This document shows, piece by piece, positions 25,792 to 32,000 of a stretch of 32,000 nucleotides of DNA. The notes beneath the pieces were generated by a model, which saw only the letters and a program-made list of their open reading frames with translations, made no database searches and had not been told where the DNA came from. Numbering within the stretch: position 1 is the stretch's first letter; the number at the start of each line of letters is the position of its first letter. Origin of the DNA: Telmatocola sphagniphila (GTDB lineage Bacteria > Planctomycetota > Planctomycetia > Gemmatales > Gemmataceae); contig NZ_CP074694.1 in the NCBI RefSeq assembly GCF_018398935.1, forward strand, positions 2,250,001-2,282,000, given 5' to 3'. Position numbers and translations under genes: made by a program.

Positions 25792-25912
25792 TTCTCCAAC
25801 TCCTGAGGGTTAAAAACCACCAGGATAACTCAACAGACAAGAAGGGTGTTAACCAGCCGGACACGGAAATGTAACCAATCAAGCCAATTGTTTTTTTGAG
25901 TGATAGACTTAC
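25522..25912 (-). mobile_element. Truncated IS66-family element remnant (possible left end GTAAGTC... at 25912, tnpA relic, no tnpB/tnpC)
   Basis: The minus strand at 25912 reads GTAAGTCTATCACTC. IS66-family ends characteristically begin GTAA (ISfinder description, from memory). It lies about 120 nt before the tnpA-like ATG, and I found no tnpB or tnpC sequence downstream. Confidence 0.35.
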
Positions 25913-25972
25913 CTTTCAGGCTGCCCCCTTGGAGCAAGATTTTCTACTGTGCAGCATCGGTGTTCAGCTTGA

Positions 25973-26227
25973 TTAGCGATTCGCCGCTGAGTTCATAACA
26001 GATAGTTTGCGAGCCATTATACAATTGTTTATTCTTAGCTTTATAAGTCCATGCATTCCAGCAATCACTATACGTAGGAATACAAATACAACGATGAGGA
26101 TAAAAGTCGTGCGACCCTTGTTATTAGAGAACAGCCAACGCTCGATAGCCGCGATTATTGCGGCGATTGCAGAGATGAAACATAGGCAGCAGTTCATGTA
26201 TAACACTTTTTTTGCGTTAAGGATCAA
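25973..26227 (-). CDS. Possible small two-TM membrane protein in an AT-rich patch
   Basis: 84-aa ORF with two hydrophobic stretches (CCLCFISAIAAIIAAI and TFILIVVFVFLRIVIAGM). There is no RBS or family support, and an equally long antisense ORF exists. Confidence 0.2.
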   Translation of the reverse strand: MILNAKKVLYMNCCLCFISAIAAIIAAIERWLFSNNKGRTTFILIVVFVFLRIVIAGMHGLIKLRINNCIMARKLSVMNSAANR

Positions 26228-26362
26228 GTTCAGCCATTTTTTAGCCTACACCTTAATCCAACCAATCTAAATTTTTAGCCCCCATCGAATCCTGTCGAAT
26301 GATTAGAAAATTTGCGCAATGAGTTCTATTGGATTCAACCCAATATATAAATTTATTTTACT

Positions 26363-27457
26363 CTACCACCTCGACTCGACTCCTGCAGGCCGTCGTCCCA
26401 TTTTTCGGAGAAACTGGAAGTGGGAATAGACGATACCAGGTAGGGTCAGATGATTGTATCTCACATCGAATTCTTTCGCCGTATCCTCGATGATGCGAGC
26501 GATGGCCCGATAGTGAGCGTGACTTATTCGCGGGAATAAGTGATGAGAAGCGTGGGCGTTTACTCCTCCCACAAAGAAATGAGCGATGCGGCTGTGCGGG
26601 GACCAATCGCATGCCGTTACTAAATTGTGGATTGCCCAACTGTGGCCCACACTGCCATCGGCTGCAACTGCCGGGAATTCGGTAACCGCCGAAAAGTGAG
26701 TTCCGATGAGCAGAAAGACAAATACTAAAGACGCTACAGCCTTCATGGCCAGGTAACCTAGCACGACCTGCCACCATGGCAGCGGAAGAATCCAGATCGG
26801 AACTGCCAGGATAGCCACGAAATAAAACGCTTTGCATAGTCCGAAGACCACGTACTGATATGGCGGATGGGTGATATTGGTCAGGTTGGCAATGCGCCGC
26901 TTGAACAAATAGGCAAAGTCTTGATAGACAATGGTATAAAGCGCCACGAAGATGTAAGCGATCGGTGCGTAGAGATGTTGAAAGCGGAATTGTTTCCGCC
27001 ACGGCTGGTTCGGCGAGAGACGGATGAAAGGGTTTTCATCGATGTCAATATCGCATCCGTTTACGTTGGGAAAGATGTGATGAGATTTGGTGTGTCGCAT
27101 CTGCCAAAGGTAGGCACTGACTCCCAGTAAAGCGAAGGACACTCCATGAACAATTTCGTTACCGAGCCGCGATTTAAAGAGGACCTGATGGGCAGCGTCA
27201 TGCCCTATATTAATCGCCATCAGGAGAGAGGCAACCCCGAAGACAAAGGCGAGGGGAAGTAGTGTCCAAAGCGGAAATGGATGTAGGAGAATCAGTGTAT
27301 ACGAAGCTAGAATCAAACTCCCGAACACCAGGCCCTTGACAAGTGTCGATCCATTTGCAAATCGACTCTTTCCAGTCTGCCGAAAGTACTCGTCCACCCG
27401 CTGCTTGAGCACCTTGTAGAAGTCGTTCCTCTCGGTCTCAAATCGAATTGTCTGCAT
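26363..27457 (-). CDS. Membrane fatty-acid desaturase (three His boxes)
   Basis: His boxes HDAAH, HTKSHH and HASHH with four or more TM stretches. ATG 27457 (GAGG 6 nt upstream, MQTIRFETERNDFY) is preferred over the TTG at 27469. Confidence 0.85.
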   Translation of the reverse strand: MQTIRFETERNDFYKVLKQRVDEYFRQTGKSRFANGSTLVKGLVFGSLILASYTLILLHPFPLWTLLPLAFVFGVASLLMAINIGHDAAHQVLFKSRLGNEIVHGVSFALLGVSAYLWQMRHTKSHHIFPNVNGCDIDIDENPFIRLSPNQPWRKQFRFQHLYAPIAYIFVALYTIVYQDFAYLFKRRIANLTNITHPPYQYVVFGLCKAFYFVAILAVPIWILPLPWWQVVLGYLAMKAVASLVFVFLLIGTHFSAVTEFPAVAADGSVGHSWAIHNLVTACDWSPHSRIAHFFVGGVNAHASHHLFPRISHAHYRAIARIIEDTAKEFDVRYNHLTLPGIVYSHFQFLRKMGRRPAGVESRW

Positions 27458-27596
27458 GGCGAACCTCAATTTAAAAACTCAATTGAAGAGAGATAGGGAT
27501 GTTTTTGGGACCCCAGTGTACTATTTCATCGATCAACAATTCGGCTCCAAGAGTTTGTAATCCCTTTAAACACCGCGGATCAGATTCTATCGCATC

Positions 27597-30500
27597 TCAA
27601 CGATCGCTTGTCGATTGATCAGGCTCCTTAGGGGCGAATTTCGCGCGCTCCGATTTCCATTTTTTCACGTCCTCGGGTTTCTCCTGGACCTTATACAAAT
27701 CGATCAGCCTGTCGACTGCTTCGAGGAGGCGTACGGTGGCTTGCGGTGGAATGGTTCTATCCCGGTTTTTCATCCCTTCATATCCCTGGAGAAGTAAGGG
27801 CTCCGCTTCTGTAAATTTCTTTTGCCCCAGCAGCGCGCCTCCAAGCATCGATTGAGTATTGAAGGTCGTCCAGACGCTCGGTTGAGATTTCTGACGGATA
27901 ACCAAGCATTCTCGCAAGATCGGTTCAGCCTCCTTGAATTTATTTTGTTTGAGTAAATTTAACCCGAGTGTGGCGGCGGCGGAACCTGTTTCGAGATGGT
28001 TGGCTCCAAACCGTATTCGAGTTTGGTCGAGAAAATCTCGCAAAAGCGGTTCCGCTTTTTCATGGAGGTTCATCTCGGCGTACATCATCACCAAATTCGA
28101 GGGGATCCAGCGGAGATCTGCTGGGACGGGTCCTGGTCTAGCTTGGATGTGTTTCCAGGCCTCCTCGATTCGGGCCAGACCGAGTTCTCGACGGCCACTG
28201 GACCAATAATTAATTCCCAGGTTGGCCATCGTCAAAAGAGTATGAGGGTGGTCATTCCCGAATTTGATCCTTTGTTTCTCTAGTGTTTTCTCGAAGAGTG
28301 GGATGGACTTATCGAGTTTGTGCAGATTCCAATACGTCGCGGCGAGTGCGTTTTGGCTGAAAAGCGTGTCTTGATGATCGGGTCCTTGCACGATCTCGTA
28401 TCGACTGGTCACTCGCTCGAGAATGTTGATTGCCTCGGGAAGTCTACCGCTGTCGCGATAATTCACTCCTAAATTCATCATGGCCTTGAGTGTAGTCGGG
28501 TGATCGGGGCCACTTCGAGCTTGTTCCCTTTTGACTAAATCTTCGAACAGGGGAACCGATCGATCCAGCTTGCCGAGTGACCAGTAGGCCACGGCCAAGT
28601 TATTCATAGTTTCCAGAGTATTCGGACTTTCCGGTCCTACGGTTGCCTCCCAACGCTTGAGGCAGTCGGTCAATAAGCGAATACCTTCCTCCGGCTTTCC
28701 TGCCGCCGCATAGTTCATACCTAGATTCGATTGAGTCTTGAGCGTACTGGAGTGGTCCAAGCCCAGCAGTGTTTTTTGGCTTTGGAGAACACTTTCGAAT
28801 AAGGGAATAGACTTCTCGAATTTTCCTAAAGTCCAATAGCTGGCGGCGAGATTGCCTCGAGTTGAGACCGTGCTTGGATCCTCCTTCCCAAGGGATTGGA
28901 TTTTTTTCTGCAGAATTCTTTCCAAAAGGCTCATGGCTTCGTCTGTTCGATCCAGAGCGCGAAGTGCCCCAGCCAGAGCTTCTTGAACTCGCAGAGTTTT
29001 AGCGTCCTCCGGGCCGAGTTCCGCTTCAAAGGTTTCTGCCGCTCGAGTTAAGAGGGGCTCGGCCCAGGCCGAATGGCCGAGCCCGTATTGGGCTTCCCCG
29101 AGTAATTGTTGAAGAACGGCGACGTCGAGTGGGTCACCAACCGCATTCCCCAGCAATTCCTGACTCGCTCTTTCGAGTCTTTCCCCGAGTAGTGCTCGAA
29201 GCGGCTTTCCCTGCTTTGCTTCAGATTTTGGATCGAGATCGTGAAACGCACCGGTCAAGAGATCGAGCGCCCGATTCCGCTGATCGAGTCGGCCATCTGC
29301 AATTTTCGTCTGCTCTTGGGCTTGCAGAGTGGCCAGGCGCTGCGCTTCGGTGGCTTTATTAGCTTGGATCATACCGATGGTCGTTCCAATTATCCCGCCG
29401 ATCAGTGCCAGCAAAACCAAACTGAACGCCAGTACGCGCCCCTTATTCCGGCGAATCAATTTACTCAAGCGATAAATCGAACTAGGCGGTCGAGCTTCGA
29501 CCACATCGTCGGACAAAAAACGTTGGATATCCTGTGCCAATCCGTTGGCCGTTTCATAACGCCGGTTACGGTCTTTCTCCAACGCCTTCATAACCACCCA
29601 GTCGAGTTCTCCGCGCAGGGACTTTGAGAGCTTTGCAGGCTCGATGCTTCGATTCGCTGCGATCGTTGGCATATCGTCGGCGGTACTTAACTTGGTACTT
29701 GGACGCGAGGGCTCCACTTCCCGTACCATCCTCAGCATTTCCAGGATCGCCCCGCGCTTGAGCCTCCGCACGTCGATCGGAGGCGAACCGGTCAAGAGCT
29801 CATAAAGCATGACTCCCAGAGCATAGACATCTGTGCGTGTATCGATATCCATCGAAGTCGGGTCGGCCTGTTCGGGAGACATATAGGCTGGAGTACCGAC
29901 GATTGCCCCAGCGTCCGCAAAACTCATATCCGTCAATTTAAGCTCGGTCGCCTTGGCTACTCCAAAGTCAATCACCTTGGGAGTCGGTCGTCCGTCCACT
30001 TCGGTCACCAGTACATTGCTGGGCTTCAGGTCGCGGTGGATAATCCCCTTCTGGTGAGCATGCTGCACTGCCTGACAGACGGACACCATCAATTCCAAGC
30101 GTGCCGGCACGGACATCCGTTTGTGATCGCAGTATTCCGTCAGCGGGACTCCCTCGATCAACTCCATGACAAAAAACGGCTGCCCTGAGGGCGTTACGCC
30201 CCCATCGTAAATTCGAGCAATGTTAGGGTGGTCCATAATGGCCAATGCCTGCCGTTCGCTGTCGAAACGAGCGAGCACCGATTTCGAGTCCATTCCCAGT
30301 TTGATCAGCTTCAGAGCGACTTGACGCTTGACCGGTTCGGTCTGACTGGCCCGATAGACGGAACCCATGCCTCCTGTCCCCAGAACGTGTTCCAAGGTGT
30401 ACCTACCGGCGATCACGGTTCCCAAGGCAAATGTCATTGTTTGCTCTAGGGACTCGGCTCTAACTGGCGTATCGGATGTCCCCGCGGAACCATATTCCTT

Positions 30501-30746
30501 GGTTAGGGTGCCTGCGGAATCCCGAATCTCTGGGCGGAGGGACTCGAAATTACTCGTGGGAGCATTCAAGGGAGACTCCAGAAAACTGCCCGCCTGGGCG
30601 TAAGCTTGCAATAGAAGTTCGACTTTGCGTCTTAACACCGGTGATCCCGCACAGCTTGCATCGAGGTAAGCGAGCCGGGCTTCCGGATTTTCGATTTCCA
30701 GAGCCCGGTCAAAAACCGCTTTTACCTCGGGGAGAGACGTAGACAT
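27597..30746 (-). CDS. Ser/Thr protein kinase with one TM helix and a large TPR-repeat C-terminal region
   Basis: Gly loop LGTGGMGSVYRA, VALKLIK, HQKGIIHRDLKPSNVLV, DFGVAK and TPAYMSPEQ. A TM helix (VLAFSLVLLALIGGIIGTTIGMI) is followed by about 12 TPR-like units (A..Y...G....A...). ATG 30746 with GAGG 8 nt upstream is preferred over the GTG at 30773. Confidence 0.9.
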   Translation of the reverse strand: MSTSLPEVKAVFDRALEIENPEARLAYLDASCAGSPVLRRKVELLLQAYAQAGSFLESPLNAPTSNFESLRPEIRDSAGTLTKEYGSAGTSDTPVRAESLEQTMTFALGTVIAGRYTLEHVLGTGGMGSVYRASQTEPVKRQVALKLIKLGMDSKSVLARFDSERQALAIMDHPNIARIYDGGVTPSGQPFFVMELIEGVPLTEYCDHKRMSVPARLELMVSVCQAVQHAHQKGIIHRDLKPSNVLVTEVDGRPTPKVIDFGVAKATELKLTDMSFADAGAIVGTPAYMSPEQADPTSMDIDTRTDVYALGVMLYELLTGSPPIDVRRLKRGAILEMLRMVREVEPSRPSTKLSTADDMPTIAANRSIEPAKLSKSLRGELDWVVMKALEKDRNRRYETANGLAQDIQRFLSDDVVEARPPSSIYRLSKLIRRNKGRVLAFSLVLLALIGGIIGTTIGMIQANKATEAQRLATLQAQEQTKIADGRLDQRNRALDLLTGAFHDLDPKSEAKQGKPLRALLGERLERASQELLGNAVGDPLDVAVLQQLLGEAQYGLGHSAWAEPLLTRAAETFEAELGPEDAKTLRVQEALAGALRALDRTDEAMSLLERILQKKIQSLGKEDPSTVSTRGNLAASYWTLGKFEKSIPLFESVLQSQKTLLGLDHSSTLKTQSNLGMNYAAAGKPEEGIRLLTDCLKRWEATVGPESPNTLETMNNLAVAYWSLGKLDRSVPLFEDLVKREQARSGPDHPTTLKAMMNLGVNYRDSGRLPEAINILERVTSRYEIVQGPDHQDTLFSQNALAATYWNLHKLDKSIPLFEKTLEKQRIKFGNDHPHTLLTMANLGINYWSSGRRELGLARIEEAWKHIQARPGPVPADLRWIPSNLVMMYAEMNLHEKAEPLLRDFLDQTRIRFGANHLETGSAAATLGLNLLKQNKFKEAEPILRECLVIRQKSQPSVWTTFNTQSMLGGALLGQKKFTEAEPLLLQGYEGMKNRDRTIPPQATVRLLEAVDRLIDLYKVQEKPEDVKKWKSERAKFAPKEPDQSTSDR

Positions 30747-30838
30747 GGTCGAGACCTCAGAATGGGGTTTCACCTATCATCAATGCGAAATTGCGAGAAG
30801 TATTGTGCCAAAAAAATCAGAATCGAAATTAATTCGAC

Positions 30839-31390
30839 TCAGTCGGCATGTCCTAATTCTCGAAAAAGCCACGCTTTGGCGTAAGCCCAGTGGCGGTTAG
30901 CCGTTCGCACGGAGAGTGACAACAGAGCCGCCGATTGCTCGATAGTGAGACCTGCAAAGAATCTCAAGTTGACAAGGGCAGCAACTTCGGGTTCCTCGAG
31001 CGCCAGGCGATTCAGGGCATCATCCAGGGATACCAAATCGTATTGTGAATCTGCATCTGCGACTGCTAGAGCATCGAGTTCGACTCGCTGAAAGTTCCCA
31101 CCATGTTTCTGAGCTTGCTTGCGACGAGCCGAATCGACCAGGATGCGACGCATGGCTTCGGCAGCCGCAGCGAAAAAGTGTCCCTGTCCATCGAACTGCT
31201 GGTCCCCTACCAATCGTAAATAAGCTTCATGGACCAGAGCGGTAGCATTCAAAGTTTGACCAGGGGCCTCGGCGGCCATGCGCAGGGCAGCGAGCTTCCG
31301 CAATTCATCGTAAACCAGCGGAAGCAAATCGGCAGCCGCACGACGATTGCCGGTTGCTGCTTGTGCCAAAAGGTGAGTCACTTCGGACAT
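30839..31390 (-). CDS. ECF-type sigma factor of the Ser/Thr-kinase-associated class, paralogue of 790-1350
   Basis: LLPLVYDELRKLAALRM, TLNATALVHEAYLRLVGDQQF, HFFAAAAEAMRRILVDSAR, and a region-4 HTH FFAGLTIEQSAALLSLSVRTANRHWAYAKAWL. It lies 92 nt upstream of the kinase. Confidence 0.85.
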   Translation of the reverse strand: MSEVTHLLAQAATGNRRAAADLLPLVYDELRKLAALRMAAEAPGQTLNATALVHEAYLRLVGDQQFDGQGHFFAAAAEAMRRILVDSARRKQAQKHGGNFQRVELDALAVADADSQYDLVSLDDALNRLALEEPEVAALVNLRFFAGLTIEQSAALLSLSVRTANRHWAYAKAWLFRELGHAD

Positions 31391-31437
31391 GTCCAGATTT
31401 TAGGGGAGAAAAGCGCCTGGGGGAGAAGCTAGGTTTC

Positions 31438-31457
31438 TAATTCGAAAAAATCTCCAA
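31438..31457. promoter_or_regulatory. Shared upstream element TAATTCGAAAAAATCTCCAA, 48-67 nt upstream of sigma gene 30839-31390
   Basis: Identical, apart from one extra A, to the minus strand of 1427-1445 upstream of the paralogous sigma gene. Confidence 0.35.
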
Positions 31458-32000
31458 GCGGTATACGGGAGAGGGGAACCGCTAGAAAGCAGCTAAGCCA
31501 TTTGCTCGATTCGTTGTTAGGGCGTCCATTCGGCGTGGTCGTGCGTTGTCTGGAATCTCCGGAGTCAGGAAATCCTCAGCGACGTTGGCCCGCCCATCGC
31601 GTGACGACGAAATGGTTCTGCCAATTGACTTGGCTTGGGCGCTAATTTTTTGCCACGAGGATGAGTTTGCGTTTGGAGGTGTCACGTGACTTCAAGCGGG
31701 CCGACGCGCCGCCTGCAGATCGACCAGCTGCAATTCGATTTGCTGTCCCTTAGACCATCCGGTCCGAAAAGCCGCATCCAAATAGTCGGACGAGCTTTGT
31801 CCTTGCAAGAAAATTTAGTGAATCGAGTCTCATTAACTGCTCAGTAAGTGATTTATAAATCTATGAATCAGACGGTTTTTATGCAAACCAGCTTTCGACG
31901 CCGTCTAACCATTCCTCGTATCATAAAAGATAATTGCTTTTGGATACACCCTGACCGATGCTTGTCCAGAGAGGACCGTGGACATTGAACCTCAACCACA

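Noticed and set aside
26358-27002. 214-aa minus-strand ORF overlapping the desaturase gene
   Set aside because: It is an alternative frame of the same strand. Its R/S/P-rich sequence has no motif, while the 368-aa frame has three His boxes.
31690-31815. Short minus-strand ORF (L)QGQSSSDYLDAAFRTGWSKGQQIELQLVDLQAARRPA* near the right edge
   Set aside because: At only ~38 codons after an upstream stop it is unrecognised. It may be another C-terminal relic, but that is unsupported.
1-32000. Search for CRISPR arrays, tRNA/rRNA genes, CIRCE/HAIR heat-shock operators and long terminal inverted repeats
   Set aside because: No regularly spaced direct repeats, no T-loop/cloverleaf-like sequence (GGTTCGAATCC-type) and no CIRCE or HAIR consensus were found by eye. 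Long-range inverted repeats cannot be excluded without a computational self-alignment.

Overview
A 32-kb chromosomal window of roughly 50% GC by eye, transcribed almost entirely from the minus strand. The gene content is most consistent with a Planctomycetota genome (inference only): kinase-coupled ECF sigma factors, a membrane-anchored sigma fusion with AWGKE..G.Q repeat modules, and a Q/N-rich LTXXQ secreted protein.

Supported content:
- Two paralogous ECF-sigma plus Ser/Thr-kinase modules sit at the two ends (790-1350 with 1-695; 30839-31390 with 27597-30746). The left kinase is absent from the supplied ORF track because it runs off the edge.
- An 802-aa ECF sigma is fused to a TM helix and a duplicated extracytoplasmic module (1592-4000).
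- An oxidoreductase cluster runs aldehyde dehydrogenase relic, then SDR, then Zn-ADH (8397-10613).
- A PAS histidine kinase is translationally coupled (TAATG) to a PNPOx-family flavoprotein (13715-15783).
- Stress-type genes are present: Hsp20, an LTXXQ secreted protein, dodecin and a BON protein.
- A DksA/TraR zinc-finger gene precedes a DevC/DevA/DevB-like tripartite ABC exporter (21835-25283), with a membrane fatty-acid desaturase nearby (26363-27457).

I found no rRNA, tRNA or CRISPR array.

The most unusual property is the density of gene relics that the ORF track hides:
- an aldehyde dehydrogenase reduced to head plus tail by an internal deletion;
- a photolyase-like ORF with inverted domain order, cut at its 5' end and abutting a GxGxxG Rossmann N-terminus in another frame;
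- a 172-codon ORF broken by a perfect 20-bp tandem duplication;
- an IS66-type tnpA relic with two in-frame stops;
- a 5'-truncated serine hydrolase.

A roughly 19-nt element is shared by the upstream regions of the kinase-coupled sigma genes. All functional calls rest on motif recognition by eye; no database search was run.
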